Source: Patescibacteria group bacterium (GTDB lineage Bacteria > Patescibacteriota > Microgenomatia > Levybacterales > UBA12049). Taken from it: DNA of 32,000 bases. The translations under genes and the position numbers were made by a program. The stretch spans positions 1 to 32,000 of the forward strand of contig DASRFS010000026.1 in assembly GCA_035651435.1 (NCBI GenBank), given 5' to 3'. The notes beneath the pieces are model-generated. The model saw only the letters and a list, made by a program, of their open reading frames with translations. It ran no database searches and was not told the DNA's origin. Of this stretch, positions 15,253-25,981 are shown in pieces (position 1 is the first letter of the stretch; every line of letters starts with the position of its first letter).

Positions 15253-16490
15253 CGGTAGATAAACCTCAAAAGTGTTCTAGTGACGACTATTGCAGAAAAC
15301 ATTGACACCAAAACTCCAATTGCCAAAACTAAAGCAAAACCTTTTACCGGCCCTGTCCCAAATTCGTAAAGAACAGCGCTCGTTATAATGGATGAGATAT
15401 TCGAATCCCGAATAGAAGGAAAAGCCCTTGAAAATCCAAGCTCTATTGCATTTTCTTTTCCTCGGCCTTGTCTTTCTTCTTCCTTCATTCTTTCAAAAAT
15501 TAAAATATTTGCATCAACTGCCATTCCAATTGAGAGAATAAAACCTGCAATACCGGAGAGGGTTAAAGTTATTCCATAAGGGCTGGCGGACGAAAGCTTA
15601 AAAATTGATAAAACCAATAAAACGTAAAGTGTTAGGGCAAGACTTGCGATTCCTCCAAGTTTTCCATAATTAAATATCATAAATAGGACAACTATAATAA
15701 ATCCAATACCTCCGGCAAAAAGGCTTTTTTGAAGAGAGATTTGGCCAAGAGATGGTCCGACTTCTCTGCTACTTAAAATAGAAAATGGAATCGGTAGTGC
15801 TCCGGCGTTTAAATAATCCGCTAATTGTTTTGTTCCTTCTTGAGTAAAATTTCCTGTTATCTGCCCGCTATCTCTAATCGAGCTTTGAACAACGGGTGCT
15901 GATATGAACTGCTGATCAAGATAAATCACCATAGGCTTTCCTATTAAACTTTGAGTAACATTTGCGAACTGGTCTTGGCTTTTATCAGCAACTCTAAAAG
16001 AGACTACCGGTTTTCCGGTGCTCGAATCAAAGGAGGGAGAAGCGTCTTTTAAATCTGCTCCAGTTAAACCTGTCGGGTTTGTGTTTTCGTACGGAATAAA
16101 AGCGGAGGTTGTCGCTTGGACAACTTCACGGAATTCTAATTTTGCTGTTCTGCCTACTAAACCTAATGCCTGATTTAGCGGAACTCCGGGAAGTTCAACA
16201 ATAACTCGGTAATCTTGGGCCTTTGCAGTTTGAACCAATGGCTCCGAAACTCCGAATATATTAATTCTTCTTTCGATAACAAACTTTGCAGATTCCAAAG
16301 CATTATCTCTTTGATCAGGCGGGATATCTTTCATATCAGCCAAAAGAGTAATACTTGTTCCGCCTTCCAGATCCAGCCCTTTCTTAAATTTAAATTTGTT
16401 ACTAAAAGGATTATTTAGAGGAAGTTGAATAAGAAGCGAGGAAATTGCCAAAAAAATTATCAACCAGAGCAGGTACCGAGGTCTTCTCAT
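15249..16490 (-). CDS. secD: Protein translocase subunit SecD
   Basis: LGLDLEGG-type N-terminus (KGLDLEGG), a periplasmic domain, and a C-terminal TM bundle with AVDANILIFERMKEE. Confidence 0.92.
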   Translation of the reverse strand: MRRPRYLLWLIIFLAISSLLIQLPLNNPFSNKFKFKKGLDLEGGTSITLLADMKDIPPDQRDNALESAKFVIERRINIFGVSEPLVQTAKAQDYRVIVELPGVPLNQALGLVGRTAKLEFREVVQATTSAFIPYENTNPTGLTGADLKDASPSFDSSTGKPVVSFRVADKSQDQFANVTQSLIGKPMVIYLDQQFISAPVVQSSIRDSGQITGNFTQEGTKQLADYLNAGALPIPFSILSSREVGPSLGQISLQKSLFAGGIGFIIVVLFMIFNYGKLGGIASLALTLYVLLVLSIFKLSSASPYGITLTLSGIAGFILSIGMAVDANILIFERMKEEERQGRGKENAIELGFSRAFPSIRDSNISSIITSAVLYEFGTGPVKGFALVLAIGVLVSMFSAIVVTRTLLRFIYR

Positions 16491-17062
16491 GAAAGCATGG
16501 ATTCCTCGTCGCCAATGACCATTACCCTGGAACCGTGAAGTATCTGGAGAACGAATGGGTCGCTTTTCTTTTTTCTAAAACCGAATTCATCCTCGGTCAT
16601 AACAGTATAATTAATTTCTGTGTTTAATCTTTTTTCCTCTTCGCGAACCAATAGAGAAAGTTCAGGCAGAACAACAGTCCCGACTACTAATAAATCCACT
16701 TCATCCGGCTGTTCTTTTATTCGTCTCGTAAATTTACCTGAAAACATTGCATATTTTATTTTCCCGAGTTTTACTCTGTTTTTGAGAATTGCTTCGCCTA
16801 TACCTACCGATTTCGAACCAAGACGGAGAAGATCGTAGTAGAACGGATAGTTTTTGTTAAGGAAATAATAAACCCTGTTTGCCCTCGGCTCTCTTTCTAA
16901 GACTCCATTTTTCTCAAGGTACGCAAGTTCGCGCCTTACAGCATTAATCTCATCTCCGGTTCGTCTGACCAGTTCTCTTACATGGTACATTTGCCCAGGC
17001 TCTGTCAGGAAAACCCCTAAGAGTTTTACCCTCGCTTTCGAAGTAATAAGATCTGCAAACAT
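16487..17062 (-). CDS. Winged-helix DNA-binding protein with a C-terminal nucleotidyltransferase-like segment
   Basis: The N-terminal wHTH (YHVRELVRRTGDEINAVRRELAYLEKNGVL) is ArsR/MarR-like. A DLLVVG segment lies in the C-terminal half. ATGA overlap with the secD start. Confidence 0.65.
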   Translation of the reverse strand: MFADLITSKARVKLLGVFLTEPGQMYHVRELVRRTGDEINAVRRELAYLEKNGVLEREPRANRVYYFLNKNYPFYYDLLRLGSKSVGIGEAILKNRVKLGKIKYAMFSGKFTRRIKEQPDEVDLLVVGTVVLPELSLLVREEEKRLNTEINYTVMTEDEFGFRKKKSDPFVLQILHGSRVMVIGDEESMLS

Positions 17063-17063
17063 A

Positions 17064-18245
17064 TTATTTTATAGAGGCAACTCCATCCGTGGGCAGAATA
17101 CTAAACCAAATGAGACCTCTGTCTAATTTAATCGGCGAACCATTGCTATCAAAAAGCAAAGTTCTTGAAGTTCGCTTGTCTTTTCTCCATGTCGCATTAA
17201 TTTTTTTGCCATCCATAACTACAATTGCATTTCCGGTTCCTTTATCCCCGTAGAGCAGATGGACGTTGTTCTCGTATCCGTCGTTCGCATTATACTGCTG
17301 CATGAACAAAATTACCAAATTCTTCGCCGAGAGCTGTTGCTTGTTATCCAAATCTATATGCGGCTGTCCTCCGTTCACTCTCTTGTATGTATTTGAAGTT
17401 TTATCATAATTCCAATCTACAAAATAATCCGGCGTACTTGACCAGAATTCCAAATGTACTTTTTGGCCTGCCGGCCGGTCCGAAAGAGAGGCATCGTCTT
17501 TAAAACTATAAGAAACAAACCCTTGGTCCCAAGAATCTCCGTTTTTATCTACGTTTGAAAGCCCACGATTTGTTTTTGCATAATCCCAAAGTTTTTGAGT
17601 TGTGGAATACATTGTATGTTCCGTATCTGTCGGATGGCCCAACCTGTTGTAATCTCTCCAGAAGGTTGGAAATCCAATTGAAAACTGATTCATGTCGTTG
17701 TATCCTCCCCAACCATAACTATCGATTTGAGATAGAGCATCTGCCGGGCCGGGCTGGTTTGCTCCCCCCACGTGAGTATATAAAGGATTTGTTCCGTACT
17801 CCGAGATAAAATCCAAAAAGTAAGTTCGAGCAGATCTTATCGGGCCCACGGTTCCGGCATCCTGGCAATAGAAAACCGAAAGAAATCTTGTTATTCCACC
17901 CTCTGCCACCACTTCGTAAACAACGTCTGCTGACGATAATCCAGATTGTGGCCTCGCGTTTTGATGGTTCTCGATCATTACTCCCAAAGGACGATGGCCC
18001 TCCCACCAATTTTTCTGCTCTTTGGAATATAAAGCTCCATTCAAGGGGCACGCTTCGGTTTTGGGAGCGGTTTCATTAAATACCAACTTATCACCACTAA
18101 TTTTGGTAAGCGCAGAAGGAGTTGATGTATTTATTATCTTAGTTGAAAAATTGGAGAATACGAAATAAGAAAGACCGGCTACCACAAAATAAACTGCCAG
18201 TGCTAAAATTACGATCGTTGTTTTTCTTTTATCTATTTTTGGCAT
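17064..18245 (-). CDS. DUF3048 (YerB-like) secreted or anchored protein
   Basis: N-terminal TM anchor; the motif GVMIENHQNARPQSGLSSADVVYEVVAEGGITRFLSVF matches my memory of DUF3048. Confidence 0.75.
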   Translation of the reverse strand: MPKIDKRKTTIVILALAVYFVVAGLSYFVFSNFSTKIINTSTPSALTKISGDKLVFNETAPKTEACPLNGALYSKEQKNWWEGHRPLGVMIENHQNARPQSGLSSADVVYEVVAEGGITRFLSVFYCQDAGTVGPIRSARTYFLDFISEYGTNPLYTHVGGANQPGPADALSQIDSYGWGGYNDMNQFSIGFPTFWRDYNRLGHPTDTEHTMYSTTQKLWDYAKTNRGLSNVDKNGDSWDQGFVSYSFKDDASLSDRPAGQKVHLEFWSSTPDYFVDWNYDKTSNTYKRVNGGQPHIDLDNKQQLSAKNLVILFMQQYNANDGYENNVHLLYGDKGTGNAIVVMDGKKINATWRKDKRTSRTLLFDSNGSPIKLDRGLIWFSILPTDGVASIK

Positions 18246-18249
18246 TTTT

Positions 18250-18711
18250 TTAACTTCCCGAAACTTCCTTTAAAGCTTTTTTTTCTTCTTCCGAAAGATC
18301 GTGATCTACAGATTTTCCATCAACGATTCTTTTTGCATACCATCTCGTTCCCGATCTTGAGTAAAGTCCCGAAATTATTACACCCGTATTTTTTCCGTCT
18401 ATAAGAGACAATATGAAGCTTTGATCTCCTCCCGTGTCTTTAAAAGGATTAAATCTTAACAGACCAACTTTTTGTATATGTAAAAGTCCTTCCTTTTGAA
18501 TAGTATTGCAATAGTTTTTTAAATTGTCCAGTTCTTTTTTTGTAAAATTTATATCTTTAAGAAGATTTTCCAGAACCGATTTTAGTGTTCGTTGCGTTGT
18601 GCCGGCTGTGAGTTTGTTATAGTGAGAAATTATGTTCCAAGTTAGGATTGATAGTATTAAGAGCCAAATAAAAAAAATCGCGCCCCCTAGCAACACTAAA
18701 TTGGACACCAT
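18250..18711 (-). CDS. DUF4446 family membrane protein
   Basis: N-terminal TM helix; the C-terminal LLRFNPFKDTGGDQSFILSLID...GVIISGLYSR pattern is typical of DUF4446. Confidence 0.75.
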   Translation of the reverse strand: MVSNLVLLGGAIFFIWLLILSILTWNIISHYNKLTAGTTQRTLKSVLENLLKDINFTKKELDNLKNYCNTIQKEGLLHIQKVGLLRFNPFKDTGGDQSFILSLIDGKNTGVIISGLYSRSGTRWYAKRIVDGKSVDHDLSEEEKKALKEVSGS

Positions 18712-18723
18712 AGTTATTCATAC

Positions 18724-18752
18724 ATATTAGCCTCTTGACAGCCTCGTGTCAA
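18724..18752 (-). promoter_or_regulatory. Candidate promoter TTGACA-17-TAATAT for the DUF4446-secF operon
   Basis: The minus strand reads TTGACAcgaggctgtcaagaggcTAATAT, then 12 nt, then the ATG at 18711. Confidence 0.45.
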
Positions 18753-18763
18753 TAGTGTAATCT
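18735..18763 (+). promoter_or_regulatory. Candidate divergent promoter TTGACA-17-TAATCT
   Basis: The plus strand reads TTGACAgcctcgtgtcaatagtgTAATCT, then 11 nt, then the ATG at 18775. An alternative -10, TGTAAT, would give a 15-nt spacer. Confidence 0.35.
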
Positions 18764-18774
18764 AGCCTCACAAC

Positions 18775-19008
18775 ATGGCTAGGAAAACTTTGAAAGAAAA
18801 AACGCTTTCTGACCAACGCCTTCTCTACAGATTCGAAAAGATTCAAACTATCCACCCTTCGGTTCAAAAAGTCACAACAGATACTCGTACCTTAGTTATC
18901 AAAGATCTAAGGAAAACAATGTCTATTACCTTCGTCATTTTAATGCTTCAGATAGTTCTTTTTCTCTTTTTAAAGAATCACTTAATTAATTTGTGGATTT
19001 CGTATTGA
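18775..19008 (+). CDS. Small hypothetical protein with a C-terminal TM helix
   Basis: 77-aa ORF with a basic N-terminal half and hydrophobic ITFVILMLQIVLFLFL. No homology recognised. Confidence 0.4.
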   Translation: MARKTLKEKTLSDQRLLYRFEKIQTIHPSVQKVTTDTRTLVIKDLRKTMSITFVILMLQIVLFLFLKNHLINLWISY

Positions 19009-19029
19009 TAAAGGAGGTGATATTTTAAT

Positions 19030-19173
19030 ATGGCATCAATGTATTGTGTTAAATGTAGAGCAAAGAGAGACGACCCAGCAGCAGTTAAGGTTACTATGAA
19101 AAATGGTAAACCTGCAATGAAAGGAAAATGCCCAGTTTGTGGTACAGGAATGTACAGAATTGGTTCTGCTTAA
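19030..19173 (+). CDS. 47-aa zinc-ribbon protein (DUF5679-like), absent from the supplied ORF track
   Basis: It translates to MASMYCVKCRAKRDDPAAVKVTMKNGKPAMKGKCPVCGTGMYRIGSA, with CxxC...CxxC. It has the strongest SD in the window (AGGAGGTGA, 19012-19020) and is followed by a terminator. Confidence 0.8.
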   Translation: MASMYCVKCRAKRDDPAAVKVTMKNGKPAMKGKCPVCGTGMYRIGSA

Positions 19174-19196
19174 AGTTTCTTTTGAAGCTTATGAAG

Positions 19197-19238
19197 CCCT
19201 CGTATTAAAGCTTGCTCTAGTACGAGGGTTTTCTTTTT
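19197..19238 (+). terminator. Rho-independent terminator (CCCTCGTA ... TACGAGGG plus TTTTCTTTTT)
   Basis: An 8-bp GC-rich stem at 19197-19204 and 19221-19228 is followed by a T-run on the plus strand. Confidence 0.7.
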
Positions 19239-19262
19239 AGACCCTCAGGTCGCAAGCTTCGC

Positions 19263-20789
19263 TTATTTTCCGGTGTAATGGACTAATTTGAAAACCTTTA
19301 CAACCGAAACATCCCACTCGCCTGCTATATTTGCTCTTCCAAAATTTGAAATCTCAAACTGTGGGTAACCCAGAGGCTTACAGGTTGTATCTTCACAAAT
19401 TACAAGCAGCTGATCCGTGACAGTAGTTCTTTTCGGATCGTTCATTATATTTTCTATCTGTACGGGTTTGTGACCTAGGATTTCAAAATAATATCTATAA
19501 GCATGATCCGAATTATGCGCTGTTATGAGTGCGAAATTAAACGGCTTAGCATCGGTTCTTGCTAAAACGAACTCAGAAATTTTCCTGACCTGGTCTTTTT
19601 GCCTGTTGGGTTCAAATCTAAACGGCGCCCCGGAAAGATTGACCAGAATAAGAGCTATGAATATACCTATCGATAGAATCTTGAACAATAAATTTTTAAA
19701 CTCAAACGTCCTGGATAAGAAATTCCCCACAAGTATGAAAGGAAGAGGAAACATAAAACCGAAATAATAATCGTAAATTGGTTTCTTATAGAATCCGAAT
19801 AGAAAGATTCCAAAGAAAATCCAAATCTCAAGCAAAAATTTTACTAGCCTGGACTTGGCCTTAAAAATAAAAAACACAGAAAGTATTCCCAACAAAACCG
19901 TGGAATATTGCCAGATCGAAATCTGCGAAGGGCTATACCACGAGAAGTGATCGTTGGGGGGGAAACTCGTAACCAATTTCCCAAACAGCCTGAAGAATAC
20001 GTCTTTAACAATGTAAACAAATGATACGTTGTCGCCGTAGCCTTTCTGGAAAGTGTTTGTGAAAATAAAACCAATGATCGTTTTAATATTTGGGAAACCG
20101 TGTCTTACCTCAAAACCTAAGAAGGGAGAAAATCCAATTAGAAATCCGAGTAGAACCTGAAGATATTCGCTAAACAACAGCTTAATTTTCTTTTTTAGAT
20201 AAAAGTCGGCAGTGAAAATATACGTACCGATGATAATTATTAAGAAGATAGCTAAATAATGAAGCTGTAGGGCTATCCCAAGGAGCACTCCTATTGAAAT
20301 AAATTTTTTAAAGGATGGGCTTTGAACCGATTTATAGGTTAAATATAAAGTTAGGAGAGAAACAAAAGGCATTGGGTTTGGATTCCAAGAAGATCTGGAA
20401 TACGCAACTACCAAAGGGGAGATTGCATAAAGTGCCGAGGAAAAAATAGCCGCACGCACCCCGAAAAATTCTTTGGTGACTTTATAAATTAGAAAAACGG
20501 TGGCAATTCCAATAAGAGCAACCATGACTGCAGGCCCTACCGGATCGAGTTTGAAAAGCCATAAGAATGGAGCCATAAAATAGTAGTAGATAGGACCTAG
20601 AAAAAAATCTCCCGCGGAAGCTCGAGGGCCAAGAAGCGTTAAATGTCCCTCTAAAATTCCCTTTGCTACAAGAACATCTCTTCCCTCGTCCCCCAAAAAT
20701 GTCATGTAATCGGAAATTCTGTAAAGTCGAAAGAAAGCTGCGACAATTAAAATCGTGGGAAGAATCAGGAACTCGATTTTTTTCCTCAT
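19263..20789 (-). CDS. GT-C fold glycosyltransferase, ArnT/PMT-like (GT39/GT83 type)
   Basis: It is polytopic, with more than 10 hydrophobic segments, and has a first-loop DE motif (FLGDEGRD). The listed start at 20807 is TTG. The ATG at 20789 forms an ATGA overlap with the upstream stop, so I prefer it. Confidence 0.8.
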   Translation of the reverse strand: MRKKIEFLILPTILIVAAFFRLYRISDYMTFLGDEGRDVLVAKGILEGHLTLLGPRASAGDFFLGPIYYYFMAPFLWLFKLDPVGPAVMVALIGIATVFLIYKVTKEFFGVRAAIFSSALYAISPLVVAYSRSSWNPNPMPFVSLLTLYLTYKSVQSPSFKKFISIGVLLGIALQLHYLAIFLIIIIGTYIFTADFYLKKKIKLLFSEYLQVLLGFLIGFSPFLGFEVRHGFPNIKTIIGFIFTNTFQKGYGDNVSFVYIVKDVFFRLFGKLVTSFPPNDHFSWYSPSQISIWQYSTVLLGILSVFFIFKAKSRLVKFLLEIWIFFGIFLFGFYKKPIYDYYFGFMFPLPFILVGNFLSRTFEFKNLLFKILSIGIFIALILVNLSGAPFRFEPNRQKDQVRKISEFVLARTDAKPFNFALITAHNSDHAYRYYFEILGHKPVQIENIMNDPKRTTVTDQLLVICEDTTCKPLGYPQFEISNFGRANIAGEWDVSVVKVFKLVHYTGK

Positions 20790-21922
20790 TTCGAAGAGTT
20801 TTTCCAAATAATTCGGCTGTATACAGTGAAGTTATAAATAAGCAAGACTCCGGTAGCTAAGACAAAATATATGTAAGGACGAGGAAAATCTCTACCAAAT
20901 AGTATCTCTCCTAATTGAATTAATCCAGATTGAATGATGAGTACACCGATGTTTGACGTTGCAAAAAAGAATACCATTTTTTTAAAGTATAAAATTGGAT
21001 TGCTTGCTTTTGCATGTCTAAAGGTCCACAAATTGTTAAGATTATAGTTCGAGAAAATTGCAAGCTGGGCGGCTAAAAGATTTGATAATCCGAGAGGAAG
21101 AGTTGATTTTGAAATTAAGGCACGATAAACGAGGAGTTGAATAATAAATCCTGTTCCTCCAACTACCAAAAACTTCCCGAATGGCCCGGTGACAATTTCT
21201 TTTATCCGTGCGATTATGATGTATTTGAGAAGGTCAACAATATATTTGGTAGGAGCAATTTTCGAACGACCCAAAGTTCGATCGGTAAAATTTATTGGGA
21301 CTTCACCTATCTTAAACCCATCCCTTGCAGCCTTATGCAAAAAAGAAACTTGAAAAGTATACCCTTTAAAAGAAGTCAGCTCTTGTTTTTCTTTTAGGAA
21401 AACTTCCTTTTTCAATGCCCTGTATCCGCCTGTCCAGTCATGAATTTTAAATCTCATTAGAATTGTCCTAACCAGGAGATTTCCAAAAACAGAGAATGCC
21501 TTACGCTGAATAGGCCAGTTTGCAGGAATTGATCCTCCTTCGCTATACCTTGTTCCGACAACCATATCAAAACCATTATCCAATTTTTCTAAAAACTGAG
21601 GAATTTTATAAGGATCATGGGAAAGATCAGCATCCATTTCAAACATCACATCGGCTCCCATCTTTTCTATAGCATAAGTCATTGCCCTAACGTAGGCAGC
21701 ACCTAAACCTTGTTTTTCACCAACAGAGAGCTCAATATTCTTCCACTTTTTAGCAAGCTCCTTAACAACAGTTGAAGTCCCATCCGGCGAAGAATCGTCC
21801 GCAACTAAAATGTTCATATTATGGCTCTTTATCTTTGGGAAAATTTCCTTCTCCAAGATCTCGACTAACTTTTCTATATTACCTTTCTCGTTATACGTAG
21901 GAATTATTACTACAACTTTCAT
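20786..21922 (-). CDS. Polyprenyl-phosphate glycosyltransferase (GT2) fused to a C-terminal GtrA-like membrane domain
   Basis: VVIIPTYNEKGNI, VADDSSPDGT, EMDADLSHDP (DxD/DAD region), then four TM helices with NYNLNNLWTFR typical of GtrA. The ATG at 21922 gives an ATGA overlap with the uxs stop. Confidence 0.85.
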   Translation of the reverse strand: MKVVVIIPTYNEKGNIEKLVEILEKEIFPKIKSHNMNILVADDSSPDGTSTVVKELAKKWKNIELSVGEKQGLGAAYVRAMTYAIEKMGADVMFEMDADLSHDPYKIPQFLEKLDNGFDMVVGTRYSEGGSIPANWPIQRKAFSVFGNLLVRTILMRFKIHDWTGGYRALKKEVFLKEKQELTSFKGYTFQVSFLHKAARDGFKIGEVPINFTDRTLGRSKIAPTKYIVDLLKYIIIARIKEIVTGPFGKFLVVGGTGFIIQLLVYRALISKSTLPLGLSNLLAAQLAIFSNYNLNNLWTFRHAKASNPILYFKKMVFFFATSNIGVLIIQSGLIQLGEILFGRDFPRPYIYFVLATGVLLIYNFTVYSRIIWKNSSK

Positions 21923-22863
21923 ATTTGAAAATATTCGATTGTCTTCTTTAATCCTTCCTCTACCGCAATCTTCGGTTCCCATCCCAAAATCATTTTTGCC
22001 TTAGAAATGTCCGGCTTCCTCTTCTTTGGATCATCCTCCGGCAATTCTTCAAAATCTATCCTAGACTTGGAATTTGTCAATTCCAAAATTTTATTAGCGA
22101 TTTCAAGAACAGTCAGTTCCAAAGGATTTCCTAGATTAATAATTTCACCTTTTGCTTCATTAGTAAACATCAATTTTTTAAGCCCCAAAACCATATCGTC
22201 AACAAAACACAAGCTTCTGGTTTGAGATCCATCCCCATAGACGGTAATGGGGTCGTTCTTTTTAGCTTGCTTTATAAAGTTAAAAATTACTCTTCCATCG
22301 TCCGGCATTTTGGGCCCGTACGTATTAAAAATCCTCGCAATCCTGACGTCTGAACCAAACTTTCTAAAATAAGCCATCGTCATTGCTTCTCCAAATCTTT
22401 TCCCTTCATCGTAGACGGAACGGATTCCGACAGGGTTTACATTTCCGAAATAGTCCTCGCTTTGAGGCGAAACGCTCGGATCCCCATATGCTTCCGAAGA
22501 AGATGCAAAAACAAATTTTGCGTTGTTTTTCTTGGCAAATTCTAAAAGATTTTGAGTTCCCAAAGAATTCACCAAAAGAGTTTCGATTGGCATGTGAATA
22601 TAGCTTTTAGGATTTGTCTTGCTTGGGGACGCGGGAGACGCCAGATGGAATACAAAGTCAATTTTTTCCGATAAATCTAACTTAGAAGTTACGTCTTTTT
22701 CGATAAATTTAAAATTTTGGTTGTCGAGAAATTCTTCGATATTTTTTTTGTCACCGGTTACAAGATTATCAATACAATAAACTAAAAAGTTTTCTTCAAG
22801 AAGAGAATTGCATAAGTGGGAACCGATGAATCCTGCTCCTCCGGCAACGACAGCAGTTTGCAT
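21919..22863 (-). CDS. uxs: UDP-glucuronate decarboxylase (UDP-xylose synthase)
   Basis: Near-collinear resemblance to UXS: GGAGFIGSHL, DNLVTGDKKN, HLASPASP, YDEGKR, ARIFNTYGPKM..DGRV, GDGSQTRS, DDPKKRKPDISKAK. The listed start at 22902 is TTG. The ATG at 22863 places the GxGxxG motif at residues 9-14. Confidence 0.9.
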   Translation of the reverse strand: MQTAVVAGGAGFIGSHLCNSLLEENFLVYCIDNLVTGDKKNIEEFLDNQNFKFIEKDVTSKLDLSEKIDFVFHLASPASPSKTNPKSYIHMPIETLLVNSLGTQNLLEFAKKNNAKFVFASSSEAYGDPSVSPQSEDYFGNVNPVGIRSVYDEGKRFGEAMTMAYFRKFGSDVRIARIFNTYGPKMPDDGRVIFNFIKQAKKNDPITVYGDGSQTRSLCFVDDMVLGLKKLMFTNEAKGEIINLGNPLELTVLEIANKILELTNSKSRIDFEELPEDDPKKRKPDISKAKMILGWEPKIAVEEGLKKTIEYFQI

Positions 22864-22867
22864 AAAT

Positions 22868-25127
<2,260 letters not shown>

Positions 25128-25135
25128 GAATTTAT

Positions 25136-25981
25136 TTAGGGACTTTTGAAATCAAGAAGACCTTCTTGCAAGGTCTTCATTTTGATCCCCAATCTACTAA
25201 TTTTATCATTTTTTAGGTTCAAATGAAAACCCCTTTCAGCTCTTCCTTTAAAATAATCTGCTCTCGTTGTTTTAGCAATCTTAGATTTACTAAAACCAAA
25301 TGTATCGGCAATTAAAACTGCCGTATCGAAAGGAGAAATGGGCTGGCTCCCCGTAACATGGAATACTCCGGTTTGTTCTTTTTGAACAAGTGAGTCTAAC
25401 GCAAAGGCAATATCATCGATAAACGTAGGGACCATAATATGGTCTGTTACCATCGTGAGGTTTTCGCCTTTTTTGAATTTTTCAATCAACGCTCTAATAA
25501 AATCAGTCCGGACAAACTTCGTTCTATACGGATAAGCAATTCTTGCAATTATATATTCCGCTCCGGAATTTTGAACAGCAAGTTCTCCTTCGTATTTTGT
25601 CTTTCCGTACCAATTTATGGGATTGGGCGTATCGTCTTCGACATAACTTTCCTTTTCCCCATCGAAGACAAAATCAGTCGAAACATAGATCAATTTTTTT
25701 TTGAGTTTTAAACATGCCTCGGAAACGTTCTTTGTTCCCTCAACATTTATTTTCCATGCTTCCCCTTGCTCTCCGAGATTCTTGTCTTCTTCGCAACCGT
25801 CAACATGGGCTTTTGCGGCCAAGTGAAGAACTATTTGGGCATTTGAATTTTCTATGCGATTTTGAATTGAGTCCTTTTGGGTTATATCTTCTGTCGAGGA
25901 ATCAAATTCGTAATTGTCTTTTAGAAGTTCTACAATTCTCGATCCAACTAAACCTGATCCCCCTGTAACTAAAATCTTCAT
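25136..25981 (-). CDS. rfbD: dTDP-4-dehydrorhamnose reductase-like NDP-sugar 4-ketoreductase (RmlD family)
   Basis: MKILVTGGSGLVGS, STDFVFDG, YGKTKYEGE (YxxxK). ATGA overlap with the rfbB stop. Confidence 0.8.
   Translation of the reverse strand: MKILVTGGSGLVGSRIVELLKDNYEFDSSTEDITQKDSIQNRIENSNAQIVLHLAAKAHVDGCEEDKNLGEQGEAWKINVEGTKNVSEACLKLKKKLIYVSTDFVFDGEKESYVEDDTPNPINWYGKTKYEGELAVQNSGAEYIIARIAYPYRTKFVRTDFIRALIEKFKKGENLTMVTDHIMVPTFIDDIAFALDSLVQKEQTGVFHVTGSQPISPFDTAVLIADTFGFSKSKIAKTTRADYFKGRAERGFHLNLKNDKISRLGIKMKTLQEGLLDFKSP

Noticed and set aside
19197-19238. The terminator as bidirectional, also serving the GT-C gene that ends at 19263.
   Set aside because: On the minus strand the stem is followed by cttcataagc and not a T-run. 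Only plus-strand termination is supported.
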